Origin: an uncultured Ruminococcus sp.
Lineage (GTDB): Bacteria > Bacillota > Clostridia > Oscillospirales > Ruminococcaceae
DNA: 64,000 nt
Direction: 5' to 3'
Assembly (NCBI GenBank): GCA_947627175.1
Contig: CANQVA010000007.1
Coordinates: 1,050-65,049 of the forward strand
Both the position numbers and the translations under genes were made by a program. This document shows, one piece after another, positions 27,352-36,855 of the stretch; the first letter of the stretch is position 1, and each line of letters starts with the position of its first letter. The notes under the pieces are model-generated. The model had not been told where the DNA came from. It saw nothing but the letters and a program-made list of their open reading frames with translations, and made no database searches.

Positions 27352-28478
27352 TCCTCCGAAATTGCTCTGATAAGTATATCAGCCTTACTTGTCTTTACAG
27401 TAATATTATGCTGATAAGAAAAAATTACTGCTGCTGTTTTTATTTCGTTCTTAACTTTTGCATTCAGATAATATTCAACTCTGTCTGTCAGAACGTCAAG
27501 AACCTTTTCCAAAACTCCTGCCTGACGAAATATGTCAAGTGCTGAATCAACAGTTACACATGACGGAATTTTTTTAAGTACATCAGTTTCTACATCTGCA
27601 AGTACCCCACACGTTACAAGAACGTCCATTCTGCCGTCTGCACAAGCTGAATGAGTATTCATTATTCCTGCACCGAGTTTTACCATTTTACCAATATGAC
27701 CTATAATAAGTATACTTTCAAAACCTGTTTCAAGACCAATATCAATAGCATCACCTATGAAATTACTGCATTTTATACTTCTGTCCAAAGAAAAAGGCAT
27801 TTCAGACTGCACAAAGCTGTCACTGTAATTTCCAAGAGTGAGGAGCATATTTTTATCACCGATTGAACGCCTTACTCTTGCTTCAGTGCGGATTGTTTCA
27901 ATAAGTGCTGAATTACTCATAGGTTCAACAATTCCTGTAGTTCCGATAATAGAAATACCGCCATATATTCCCATTCTTGAATTATACGTTTTCACGGCGA
28001 TTTTCTCCCCATCGGGTACAGAAATCACGACTTTAAAACCGCCTTTATATTCATAAAGTTCTGATATTTCCGCAAGTGCGGATTCAATCATTTTTCGGGG
28101 AACGGAATTTATTGCCCATTCCCCTATCGGCTGGTCAAGACCTGCTTTTGTAACTTTTCCTATGCCCTCACCGCCTGAAATTTCTATACCCTTTTCAATA
28201 AGCGAAACTTCCGCAAATACTTTTATTCCGTTTGTAACGTCGGGGTCGTCACCGCTGTCCTTAACAACACAGCATGATGCTTTATTACCGCTGATTTTTT
28301 GCTCGTCCGTTTCAAGAATAAGTTTTATGCCTTTTGGTGTCATAATCTCTGTACTATAAATAATACGTCTGTTAAGAACCATTTCGGCAGAAGCCTTTGA
28401 CGCTCCGGCAGCACATGAACCTGTAGTATATCCGCACCTTAATTTCTGTTTTCCCTTATATATGTATTCTTTTAGCAT
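27348..28478 (-). CDS. cbiD: cobalt-precorrin-5B C1-methyltransferase
   Basis: LRCGYTTGSCAAGASKAS signature. 376 aa. Confidence 0.9.
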   Translation of the reverse strand: MLKEYIYKGKQKLRCGYTTGSCAAGASKASAEMVLNRRIIYSTEIMTPKGIKLILETDEQKISGNKASCCVVKDSGDDPDVTNGIKVFAEVSLIEKGIEISGGEGIGKVTKAGLDQPIGEWAINSVPRKMIESALAEISELYEYKGGFKVVISVPDGEKIAVKTYNSRMGIYGGISIIGTTGIVEPMSNSALIETIRTEARVRRSIGDKNMLLTLGNYSDSFVQSEMPFSLDRSIKCSNFIGDAIDIGLETGFESILIIGHIGKMVKLGAGIMNTHSACADGRMDVLVTCGVLADVETDVLKKIPSCVTVDSALDIFRQAGVLEKVLDVLTDRVEYYLNAKVKNEIKTAAVIFSYQHNITVKTSKADILIRAISEE

Positions 28479-28479
28479 T

Positions 28480-29160
28480 TCACACTTTCACCACAAACAC
28501 AGTAAAATATCCGCACTGAACCATTTCACTTATATTATTATAAATCCTTTCATTAGGCAAACCGCAGTTTTCAACCGCATAAATACTTCCATCAAGTCCC
28601 TTTTCATACAGAATTTCTACAAGCTCATGTGTATTTTTTCCACACTTCATTATAACATAAGTACCGTCCGAAAAATCGGTACTTCTTATTTTTTCCGCAC
28701 TGTACGGTATAATATGAAGTGATTCATTTTCTTTGACAAGAGGTTTTCCGACGATTGCAGACACTGCACAGAAACTTGTTACTCCTGCACATATTTCAGT
28801 CTCAAATCCTTTTTCTTCAACAAGTACAGCAATATAACTGAATGTCGAATATATGGAAACGTCGCCTATATTAAGCATTGCAACATCATCTTTTTCAAGT
28901 TCACGGCATATTATTTCAGAAATACGCCCGTAATTTTCCGCAAGAACTTTCCTGTCACGTACCATAGGAAAATCAATATATATTATTTTCTTATCCGACA
29001 AATCAACAGTTTTTTCAACAACTGACAATGCAAGTGTATTTTCGCCTTTTGTCCTCGGAACAGCTATAACACGACATCTTTCAATTATTCTGACCGCCTT
29101 TAAGGTAATAAGTTCGGGGTCGCCTGAACCGATACTGACACCATATAATTTACCTGACAT
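28480..29160 (-). CDS. cbiL: cobalt-precorrin-2 C20-methyltransferase
   Basis: LYGVSIGSGDPELITLKA motif. 226 aa. Its ATG overlaps the rsmA stop by 1 nt (TAATG). Confidence 0.85.
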   Translation of the reverse strand: MSGKLYGVSIGSGDPELITLKAVRIIERCRVIAVPRTKGENTLALSVVEKTVDLSDKKIIYIDFPMVRDRKVLAENYGRISEIICRELEKDDVAMLNIGDVSIYSTFSYIAVLVEEKGFETEICAGVTSFCAVSAIVGKPLVKENESLHIIPYSAEKIRSTDFSDGTYVIMKCGKNTHELVEILYEKGLDGSIYAVENCGLPNERIYNNISEMVQCGYFTVFVVKV

Positions 29161-30017
29161 TACTTTATTTTCCTCAAACTTTCAGAAAAATTTATCAATT
29201 GTTCCATGTTGAGAGATTCAATTCTTGCATTTTCGGAAAGTCCGTTTTCCTTTAGTGCCGTACAGATTTTTTCTTTGCTTATTCCAAGTTGTGACGAAAC
29301 TGCATTTACAGCCGTTTTTCTTCTTTGTGAAAAACCTGATTTTACTACTCTGAAAAAAAATTTTTCCCCGTCCTCGTCAAGTCTGTAACGACAGTCAACA
29401 TCAATTCTGATAACAGCAGAATCAACATTAGGCGACGGCATGAAATTCCCTCTTGAAACACTGAAAAGTTGTTTTGCCGTACCATAATAATTAACTCCGA
29501 CAGTAATCGCCCCTGCATCTCTTGTACCTATTTCAGCACAAAGTCTTTGTGCTGCTTCTTTCTGCACCATGACCGTTACCGACTCAATCGGCAGACGGCT
29601 TTCAAGCAGTTTCATTATAACAGGTGACGTGATATAATATGGTAAATTCGCACATACTGCCACACGCAGACCGTCAAATTCCTCTTTGATTATTTGATTA
29701 AGGTCAGCCTTCATAATATCTTGATTGATAATTTTTATATTGTCGAACTCCGAAAGTGTTTCATTAAGAACAGGCATAAGCCTTGTATCAATTTCAATTG
29801 CTGTTACTTTGTCTGCACGCTTTGCAAGTTCAGCCGTAAGAACGCCTATTCCCGTACCTATTTCAAGTATTCCAAATCCCTCGCCGGCATTGCCTTCTTC
29901 CGCTATTTTCGGGCATATATTCGGATTTATTATAAAATTCTGTCCAAGTCCCTTTGAAAAACTGAATCCATGACGGGACATTATTTCCTTTATCGTTCCA
30001 ATATCGGTTAAATTCAT
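29160..30017 (-). CDS. rsmA: 16S rRNA (adenine1518/1519-N6)-dimethyltransferase
   Basis: LGQNFI, LEIGTGIGVLT and NLPYYITSP motifs. Confidence 0.9.
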   Translation of the reverse strand: MNLTDIGTIKEIMSRHGFSFSKGLGQNFIINPNICPKIAEEGNAGEGFGILEIGTGIGVLTAELAKRADKVTAIEIDTRLMPVLNETLSEFDNIKIINQDIMKADLNQIIKEEFDGLRVAVCANLPYYITSPVIMKLLESRLPIESVTVMVQKEAAQRLCAEIGTRDAGAITVGVNYYGTAKQLFSVSRGNFMPSPNVDSAVIRIDVDCRYRLDEDGEKFFFRVVKSGFSQRRKTAVNAVSSQLGISKEKICTALKENGLSENARIESLNMEQLINFSESLRKIK

Positions 30018-30020
30018 TTA

Positions 30021-30293
30021 TCAATCTCCTTGAATGCCGTGACGTTCTTTTTGTGAAAACTCACATTTTTTAGCATCATTCAGCTTTTCCATATCATTAA
30101 CAAGATAGTCGGCTGAACGATACGCATGCTGAAAATCAGTATCTTTAAAATGACATTTAAGGTCAATAAATTCGCCGTCAATAGTAATATCAAGTTGTTT
30201 TATCTGTCTGCCGGTATATTTTTCATTGACATATTTTATATATTCGTCAATTTCCTGCCTGCTCATTTCTCCGCCAATTACATTTACTTTCAT
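30021..30293 (-). CDS. small hypothetical protein (90 aa)
   Basis: MKVNVIGGEMSRQEIDEYIKYV... The start at 30293 abuts the upstream stop. No family recognised. Confidence 0.45.
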   Translation of the reverse strand: MKVNVIGGEMSRQEIDEYIKYVNEKYTGRQIKQLDITIDGEFIDLKCHFKDTDFQHAYRSADYLVNDMEKLNDAKKCEFSQKERHGIQGD

Positions 30294-31894
30294 AATTTTT
30301 CTCCTTTGTTGTTTATATTTTTGATTACAGCTTCCGCACATTTCATGCCATCAACCGCCGCTGAAATTATTCCCCCTGCATATCCTGCACCCTCTCCGCA
30401 CGGAAAAAGCCCTTCCACGGAAACGGACTGTAAATTTTCGTTGCGGTCAATACGTACAGGCGAACTACTGCGACTTTCTATACCTGTAAGTACTGCTTCC
30501 GGGTCATCAAATCCGCTGATTTTCTTGCCCATTTCCTTTATGCCAAGCCGTAAACTTTCACATACAAAATCAGGCAGATAACTTTCAGGATTAGCAAATT
30601 TTACAGACGGACGGTATGAGGGTTTCACCTTTCCGAAACTCTCTGAAATTTTTCCGTCCATAAAATCACCAGAAAGTGTGACGGGTGCAGAATAGTCCGC
30701 ACCTCCTGCAATAAAGGCTTTTTCTTCAAGTTCACGCTGAAAATGCATTCCTGCAAGGACATGACTACTTTTATAGTCGTCCGTATTTATTCCGACAAGT
30801 AACGCACTGTTTGAATTTTCTGCATCACGTGCAAAACAACTCATTCCATTAACAGCAAGGCGTTTTTCCTCTGATACTGCTGATATGACTTCACCGCCGG
30901 GACACATACAAAAAGTGTACAGTGTACGACCGTTAGGCAGATGAACGGCGAGCTTATAGTCAGCGGATTTCAATGCAGAGTGTTCGGCAAAATCTCCGTA
31001 CATAGCCTTGTTTATATCTTTTCTAAGGTGTTCGATTCTGACACCCACTGAAAAATTTTTCTGCGAAAGTTTGACATTATGGCTGTAAAGCATTTCAAAA
31101 ACGTCCCTTGCACTATGACCTGATGCAAGTATAAGATTATCTGTATTTATGACATGAACACCGTTTTTATCAGTATAATGAACTGCTGATATTCCATTTT
31201 CTCCTACGTCAAAATCACAAAGTTTTGAATTAAAGTGTATTTCTCCGCCATACTTTTTGACTTCTTCACGGATATTTTTTACTACTTTTCTTAAATTGTC
31301 CGTGCCGATGTGTGCCTTAGCAAGATAAATTATTTCTTCAGGTGAACCAAATTCAACGAGTTTTTCAAGAATCCAACTTATGCGTTTATCTTTTATGCCT
31401 GTTGTGAGTTTACCGTCAGAAAAAGTACCTGCTCCGCCCTCTCCGAACTGTACATTGCATTCAGGGTCAATTTTTCCGCCAAAACGGAAACTTTCAACAG
31501 CTTTACAGCGTGTATCAACGTCCGCACCTCTTTCAAGTACTATTGGACAAGCACCTGCCATAGCAAGAACAAGTGAAGCAAACATTCCGGCAGGTCCGAA
31601 ACCGACAATTACAGGACGTTGTACATTTTTTGAAACTTTATCAATATGATAAACATATTTTTCAATACTTACGGAATTTTTTATCTTCTTTAAAAGCTGT
31701 TGTTCATTCTTTGCCTCAATGTCAAGAGAGATTATAAAATGTACGTCCGTTTTTTTGCGTGCGTCAACCGACTTTTTTGAAAGTCTCACACTTTTTATTC
31801 TTTCGTGGGAAATCCTAAACTTTTCGGCACAAAATTTTTTCAAATCCGAAAAATCAAATTCCAGCGGTACACGTATATTATTTATTCTTATCAT
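30290..31894 (-). CDS. FAD-dependent oxidoreductase, uncharacterised (COG2509-like)
   Basis: Dinucleotide-binding VGFGPAGMFASLVLA. C-terminal CGEGAGYAGGI typical of this flavoprotein family. Confidence 0.75.
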   Translation of the reverse strand: MIRINNIRVPLEFDFSDLKKFCAEKFRISHERIKSVRLSKKSVDARKKTDVHFIISLDIEAKNEQQLLKKIKNSVSIEKYVYHIDKVSKNVQRPVIVGFGPAGMFASLVLAMAGACPIVLERGADVDTRCKAVESFRFGGKIDPECNVQFGEGGAGTFSDGKLTTGIKDKRISWILEKLVEFGSPEEIIYLAKAHIGTDNLRKVVKNIREEVKKYGGEIHFNSKLCDFDVGENGISAVHYTDKNGVHVINTDNLILASGHSARDVFEMLYSHNVKLSQKNFSVGVRIEHLRKDINKAMYGDFAEHSALKSADYKLAVHLPNGRTLYTFCMCPGGEVISAVSEEKRLAVNGMSCFARDAENSNSALLVGINTDDYKSSHVLAGMHFQRELEEKAFIAGGADYSAPVTLSGDFMDGKISESFGKVKPSYRPSVKFANPESYLPDFVCESLRLGIKEMGKKISGFDDPEAVLTGIESRSSSPVRIDRNENLQSVSVEGLFPCGEGAGYAGGIISAAVDGMKCAEAVIKNINNKGEKL

Positions 31895-33150
31895 TTTTTA
31901 CCGCCTTTCAACGATTCTGCACAATGTTTGCCTGCCCATATTCCCGACGACCAAGCCCATTGAAGATTATAACCGCCGCAGTCGCCTACCGTATCGAGAA
32001 TTTCTCCGCAGAAATAAATTCCCTTGTGAAGTTTTGATTCAAGATATTCCGTTACACACTCACTTAAAATTCCGCCGCAAGTTGCCTGTGCATTCTGCCA
32101 AGGTGAACAGCCTGTCACTTCAAATTCAAGACACTTTACAGCCCTTGCAAGCCTTTTTATTTCGTTTTCGTCAACATTATTTATTTTTTCTGTCATAGGT
32201 TTGCAAAGTGTATTTTTCACAAGATAAACTGAAAGATTTTTTGCAAATATACCTGTCAATAGTTCTTCAATACTGTATTCAGCACGTTTTTCCCGTATTC
32301 TTTCAAGATAGTATATCAAATCACTTTCGTTCATTTCAGGCAGTAAATCCGCACGAAGAATCATTTTCCCTTCATACTTCTGAAACAGATACGCAAGATT
32401 GAAAACACATATTCCGGAGATATTATTTTCATTGAACTGAATTTCACCTATTTCTGTTTTCAGAATTTTTCCGTCAGAAACCGCCGATACACTGCCCTTT
32501 GCACGAACACCTTTAAGACCTTTAAGCCTGTTAGGGCTTACTTTCAACGGTGCAACTGCGGGACATATTTTAGCGGTTTTATAACCCATATTTTTAAGTA
32601 TACGGAGCATTGAACCGTCTGTGCCGAATGATGTACCGGCATACCCTCCGCACGCAATTATGACTTTTCGGCAGATAATTTCATCTTTTTCAGAACTTAA
32701 AATATATTTTCCGTTTTTCTGTGATATGGCTTTTACTTCAAAGCCGCATATTTCCTTTACACCGAGATACTTAAGTTTCAGGCGGAAAGCGTTGACAACT
32801 GTTGTTGAACTGTTGCTGTGCGGATATATTCCGCCCTCTCTTCCCTCACTTCCTGAAATACACATTATATCCATTCCCCTGACAAAAAAATCATTGTAAT
32901 CAGGTGTTTTATCAATTATTTTCATTGCATCAACAGAACCGTGGTAATTTTCCGACTTTAATGACCTATTGCTTAAATTGCATTTTCCATTGCCTGTAGC
33001 AATCAATTTTTTTCCTGTTCTTGAAAGTCTTTCAACAATTACAATTTCAGCATTCGGGCATATTTCCGCCGACACGACCGCCGCCGCATATCCCGAAGCC
33101 CCTCCTCCTATTACAACTATATCTGCATACATTGTTTCACCTTTTTTCAT
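31891..33150 (-). CDS. HI0933/YhiN-like flavoprotein (aminoacetone-oxidase family)
   Basis: DIVVIGGGASGYAAA, GKCNLSN, and GEILDTVGDCGGYNLQWAWSSG C-terminus. Confidence 0.8.
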   Translation of the reverse strand: MKKGETMYADIVVIGGGASGYAAAVVSAEICPNAEIVIVERLSRTGKKLIATGNGKCNLSNRSLKSENYHGSVDAMKIIDKTPDYNDFFVRGMDIMCISGSEGREGGIYPHSNSSTTVVNAFRLKLKYLGVKEICGFEVKAISQKNGKYILSSEKDEIICRKVIIACGGYAGTSFGTDGSMLRILKNMGYKTAKICPAVAPLKVSPNRLKGLKGVRAKGSVSAVSDGKILKTEIGEIQFNENNISGICVFNLAYLFQKYEGKMILRADLLPEMNESDLIYYLERIREKRAEYSIEELLTGIFAKNLSVYLVKNTLCKPMTEKINNVDENEIKRLARAVKCLEFEVTGCSPWQNAQATCGGILSECVTEYLESKLHKGIYFCGEILDTVGDCGGYNLQWAWSSGIWAGKHCAESLKGGKK

Positions 33151-33153
33151 TAT

Positions 33154-34026
33154 TTATTCTGGTTCTATATCTATGACCGCTATTTCAGGACGATTATTAA
33201 ATCTCACAGGTACAGGAGAAACTCCTATTCCGGACGTTATGAACATTGTACCGTTGGGATAGTCAAAAAGCCCCTTGTCATAGACCGTATTATTTCCGAA
33301 TATTTCGGGGAACCACTCCATAGTTGACGAATCAATAAGACAACCAAGACCGAAAGGAAGTTGAACCATTCCGCCGTGAGTATCCGCACACACTGTCAAG
33401 TCTGCACCAAAATCTGAAAACTTTTCATAATTTGGTATATGTGCTAAAAGTATATTATAATAATTCTCATCAGGTGTAAAAACTGTTTTCAGGTCAAACG
33501 TCGGTGAATAGTATACATTGTCTATTCCGAAAATCTGTATATTGTTCCCATTTACGCTTATTTTTTCAGAATTATAATTCATTACGTTCGCACCCGTTTC
33601 AGCTATTGCCTTAATATATTCTTCATCTGTATCGTGGTCACCCGTGACAAAATAAACAGGGTAGCCGTCATCAATTATTGACTGCGTAAGTTCAATTGCT
33701 ATTTCAATAATATCCCATGAACTGTTTCTTGTATACATATCGCCAAGCATAAAAACTATGTCAGGCTTTGACTTTTCGACTTTATTAAGTATTTTTTTAG
33801 CACTTATGCCGTGTTTCGTGAAATGGCAATCGCTTATTACCGCAATACGCAACGGATTTGTAATTTTCCCTGAAACAAGTTCCACATGATTTATTTTCAG
33901 CGTATAATTATTGAACCACCACACAAGAAACAATATCAAAATAACAGCACAAAAACGGCGAAAACGCAGTTTTGCATTTGATACTCTTTTCTTTCTGTAT
34001 GAATGAAATTCGCCCTTATCGTCCAT
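33154..34026 (-). CDS. membrane-anchored metallophosphoesterase
   Basis: N-terminal TM. ISDCHF, LGDMY, TGDHD and DTHGG motifs. Confidence 0.8.
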   Translation of the reverse strand: MDDKGEFHSYRKKRVSNAKLRFRRFCAVILILFLVWWFNNYTLKINHVELVSGKITNPLRIAVISDCHFTKHGISAKKILNKVEKSKPDIVFMLGDMYTRNSSWDIIEIAIELTQSIIDDGYPVYFVTGDHDTDEEYIKAIAETGANVMNYNSEKISVNGNNIQIFGIDNVYYSPTFDLKTVFTPDENYYNILLAHIPNYEKFSDFGADLTVCADTHGGMVQLPFGLGCLIDSSTMEWFPEIFGNNTVYDKGLFDYPNGTMFITSGIGVSPVPVRFNNRPEIAVIDIEPE

Positions 34027-34038
34027 ATAGCCTCCATG

Positions 34039-34950
34039 TTAATTTTTTATATGCACATCGAGTTGACTGAAAGGTATTTCCACGCCCTCTCTGTCAAATG
34101 CAGACTTTACATTTTCAATTATACTATATCTTACAGAATTATAATCTTCATTTTTCACCCATACAAGAGTATCAACCGCAACTGAACTGTCTTTGTGCAT
34201 ACTCATTCTTACAATCGGAGCAGGCTCATCAATAACAAAAGGGTCATTTTCCAGTATGTCAAGAATAATCAGCCGTGCCTTTTCATAATCGGAAGAATAG
34301 CTTATATCAAAAGCAAGGTCTATACGTCTTGTCGGACTTTCAGTATAATTTATTATTTTAGCATCTGAAATTTTACCGTTCGGAATAAAAACTGTCTTTC
34401 CGTCAAAAGTTTTTATTTTGGTATAAAGAACGCTTATTGTTTCAACCACTCCCACAACGCCGTCTAATTCAATTGTATCACCCGCAGTGAATGGTTTTGA
34501 AAAGAGTATTATAAACCCTCCGCAGAGATTTGAAAGACAATTCTGAAGTGCAAGGCTGACAGCAAGACCTGCCGCACCGAAAATTGTTATTATTGATGAC
34601 ATAGGGACATTCAAAAGCGACAATGACATAATTATAACAACAACATACAAAATTATCCGCACAAGTGATACAAGAAAATTTCTTGCCGCAATGTTTATAT
34701 TTGACTTTTTCATTGCCTTTGCTGTAAAACGTGCAATAATCTTTGCAATCAATATACCGATAATAAGTACTATTACCGCCGTTATCAGTGACGGAAGCAG
34801 ACCTGTAAAATATTGTGCCATTTCCGAAAATATACTTGATGCTTTGTTTACTTGTTCTTGTATTGTTTCAACCGCATTCACAACCGGTTCAGTTGTCGTT
34901 ACCGTTTCAGATATGGCAGAGGTTACTGTTTCCTCCATTTTTTGAATCAC
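34039..34950 (-). CDS. MscS-family mechanosensitive channel
   Basis: Three TM helices followed by FTAGDTIELDGVVGVVETISVLYTKIKTFDGKTVFIPNG. Confidence 0.85.
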   Translation of the reverse strand: MIQKMEETVTSAISETVTTTEPVVNAVETIQEQVNKASSIFSEMAQYFTGLLPSLITAVIVLIIGILIAKIIARFTAKAMKKSNINIAARNFLVSLVRIILYVVVIIMSLSLLNVPMSSIITIFGAAGLAVSLALQNCLSNLCGGFIILFSKPFTAGDTIELDGVVGVVETISVLYTKIKTFDGKTVFIPNGKISDAKIINYTESPTRRIDLAFDISYSSDYEKARLIILDILENDPFVIDEPAPIVRMSMHKDSSVAVDTLVWVKNEDYNSVRYSIIENVKSAFDREGVEIPFSQLDVHIKN

Positions 34951-34964
34951 TCCTTCTATATACT

Positions 34965-34992
34965 ATTATATCAGAAAGACAGAAAATGTCAA
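34965..34992 (-). promoter_or_regulatory. promoter heading the 24-gene mscS-to-cbiC array
   Basis: TTGACA (rc 34987-34992), 16-nt spacer, TGaTATAAT (rc 34965-34973). Confidence 0.65.
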
Positions 34993-35034
34993 TCTCAGTG
35001 GAATTTGATAAAAAAATAAATTTTTTCAAAACTA

Positions 35035-35063
35035 TTGAAATTCTTATTCGAATGTGATATAAT
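35035..35063 (+). promoter_or_regulatory. promoter of tRNA-Arg
   Basis: TTGAAA 35035-35040, 17-nt spacer, TGaTATAAT 35055-35063. Confidence 0.7.
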
Positions 35064-35072
35064 ATGTATTGT

Positions 35073-35146
35073 GTCCCGATAGCTCAGCAGGATAGAGCGG
35101 CTGCCTCCTAAGCAGCAGGCCGGAGGTTCAAATCCTCTTCGGGACG
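35073..35146 (+). tRNA. tRNA-Arg(CCU)
   Basis: Acceptor GTCCCGA/TCGGGAC. D-arm GCTC/GAGC. Anticodon stem GCTGC/GCAGC with loop CTCCTAA. T-loop GGTTCAAATCC. Confidence 0.9.
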
Positions 35147-35156
35147 TTAATTAAAA

Positions 35157-35182
35157 ACTGTCTTTATAAAGGCAGTTTTTTT
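35157..35182 (+). terminator. rho-independent terminator after tRNA-Arg
   Basis: ACTGTCTT pairs with AAGGCAGT (one G-U pair), loop TATA, followed by T6. Confidence 0.7.
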
Positions 35183-35241
35183 GTTTTTAATTATGTTTGT
35201 ATAAGATAACAACGTATTTTACAAAAAATTCCGTCTAACAC

Positions 35242-35270
35242 TTGACGTTTTTTACAAAAAGGTGTAAAAT
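35242..35270 (+). promoter_or_regulatory. promoter of pduL
   Basis: TTGACG 35242-35247, 17-nt spacer, TAAAAT 35265-35270. Confidence 0.55.
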
Positions 35271-35328
35271 ATATTTTAGAATATCCGGTTTCAGCCGGAC
35301 AATAAAAAAATATGGAGGTATTTTTAAA

Positions 35329-35910
35329 ATGTCAAACAAATTCATCATCGAAACATCTGCAAGACACGTTCATGTTACACAGGAACATCTTGAAATCCTT
35401 TTCGGAAAGGGTTATGAACTTACAAAGAAAAAAGACCTTTCACAGCCCGGTCAGTTCGCTTGTGAAGAAAGAGTTACAGTGGTAGGTTCTAAGAAAGAAC
35501 TCGCAGGAGTTTCAATTCTCGGTCCTGTCCGTCCCGAAACTCAAGTTGAACTCTCAGCAACAGATGCACGCTCAATCGGTATTACTGCACCTGTAAGAGA
35601 ATCAGGCGATATTGCAGGTTCAGGAGCTTGCAAACTTATAGGACCCGCCGGAGAAGTAGAAATCTCAGAGGGCGTTATTGTTGCAAAAAGACATATTCAT
35701 CTCACTCCTGCTGATGCTGAAGAACTCGGCGTTAAAGACAAGCAGGTTGTATGGGTAAAAGTTGAAACTCCTGAAAGAAGTGCAATTCTCGGTGACGTTG
35801 TATGCCGTGTTTCTGAAAAATATGCACGTGCAATGCACATTGATACAGACGAATCAAACGCTATCGGTGCCCCCCGTGAACTTTACGGTGAAATCGTTAC
35901 AATTGATTAG
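35329..35910 (+). CDS. pduL: phosphate acyltransferase PduL (phosphate propanoyl/acetyl-transferase)
   Basis: Duplicated PduL motifs (SARHVHVTQEHLEILFG; AKRHIHLTPADAEELG). GGAGGT RBS before ATG 35329. The track ORF start at 35242 is upstream of the RBS and overlaps the promoter. Confidence 0.85.
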   Translation: MSNKFIIETSARHVHVTQEHLEILFGKGYELTKKKDLSQPGQFACEERVTVVGSKKELAGVSILGPVRPETQVELSATDARSIGITAPVRESGDIAGSGACKLIGPAGEVEISEGVIVAKRHIHLTPADAEELGVKDKQVVWVKVETPERSAILGDVVCRVSEKYARAMHIDTDESNAIGAPRELYGEIVTID

Positions 35911-35918
35911 TTGAAACA

Positions 35919-35950
35919 GGAGCGTACATATAAAGTACGCTCTTTTTTTT
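35919..35950. terminator. bidirectional rho-independent terminator
   Basis: GAGCGTAC pairs with GTACGCTC, followed by T8. It sits between the convergent pduL and nfo genes. Confidence 0.75.
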
Positions 35951-35960
35951 ATAACTGTTC

Positions 35961-36794
35961 CTATTCGCTGTAATTTTCACGCAGGAAATTTATTTCTTTT
36001 ATATAACCTTCCATATCGTTCGGAGTTTCAAGAATAACAGGCAGACCCTTTAATTCAGGACGATTTATAAATTTAACAATAGCGTCCGCACCTATATTTC
36101 CCTCACCGATTTTTGCGTGCCTGTCCTTATGTGAACCAAGTTTATTCATGCTGTCATTAAGATGAACGGCTTTAAGCCTGTCAAGACCGATAATTTTATC
36201 AAACTTTTCAAGAACGCCGTCAAGGTCATTCACTATATCATAACCGCCGTCCCATACATGGCAAGTATCAAAACATACACCGAGTTTTTCTTTCAATTCA
36301 ACTCTGTCTATTATTGCACGCAGTTCTTCAAAACTCCTGCCGATTTCAGAACCCTTTCCCGCCATTGTTTCAAGAAGAACTATAGTTGACTGTTCCGTCG
36401 TAAGGACGCTGTTAAGCTGTTGTGCGATAAATTCTATACCGACATCAACACCCTGATTTACGTGTGAACCGGGGTGAAAATTATAGTAATTGTGCGGTAT
36501 GTTCTCCATACGCTTCAAATCGTCTGCCATTGCCTGACATGAAAAATTCCTTATTTTTTCGTTGGCAGAACATGGGTTCATTGTATAGGGAGCATGAGCA
36601 ACAAGTTTTCCGAAAGCGAGTTTTTCTGATAGTTTTTTAAATTCCGCAATATCGGAAAAATTTATCTCCTTTGCAGAACCGCCACGTGGATTTCTTGTAA
36701 AAAATGCAAATGTATTTGCACCAAGTTCCTCCGCCTGTTTGCCCATAGCCATATAACCTTTTGAAGCAGAAAGATGACAGCCTATATACAGCAT
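35961..36794 (-). CDS. nfo: endonuclease IV (deoxyribonuclease IV)
   Basis: IGCHLS, HAPY, ETMAGKG, CFDTCH, HLNDS motifs. The longer track ORF would run through an upstream hairpin, so ATG 36794 was chosen. Confidence 0.85.
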   Translation of the reverse strand: MLYIGCHLSASKGYMAMGKQAEELGANTFAFFTRNPRGGSAKEINFSDIAEFKKLSEKLAFGKLVAHAPYTMNPCSANEKIRNFSCQAMADDLKRMENIPHNYYNFHPGSHVNQGVDVGIEFIAQQLNSVLTTEQSTIVLLETMAGKGSEIGRSFEELRAIIDRVELKEKLGVCFDTCHVWDGGYDIVNDLDGVLEKFDKIIGLDRLKAVHLNDSMNKLGSHKDRHAKIGEGNIGADAIVKFINRPELKGLPVILETPNDMEGYIKEINFLRENYSE

Positions 36795-36820
36795 AAAAAA
36801 ATCATTCCTTTCATAAATAT

Positions 36821-36849
36821 AATGCCGGAAAGAAAAAAATTCCGGCATT
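36821..36849 (-). terminator. hairpin between ppiB and nfo (possible attenuator/terminator)
   Basis: AATGCCGGA (36821-36829) pairs with TCCGGCATT (36841-36849). The flanking T-content is only moderate. Confidence 0.45.
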
Positions 36850-36855
36850 TTCTCA

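Noticed and set aside
29100-29260. Cobalamin riboswitch in front of cbiL
   Set aside because: There is no intergenic space, since the rsmA stop and cbiL start overlap. No B12-box-like sequence was seen in the rsmA 3' end.
35242-35328. N-terminal extensions in the ORF track (also 44727-44828, 36795-36863, 52911-52955, 59513-59548, 53051-53191, 40699-40755, 20054-20092)
   Set aside because: In each case a strong GGAGG-type RBS precedes an internal ATG that matches the family N-terminus. The extension would run through a promoter, hairpin or the upstream gene.
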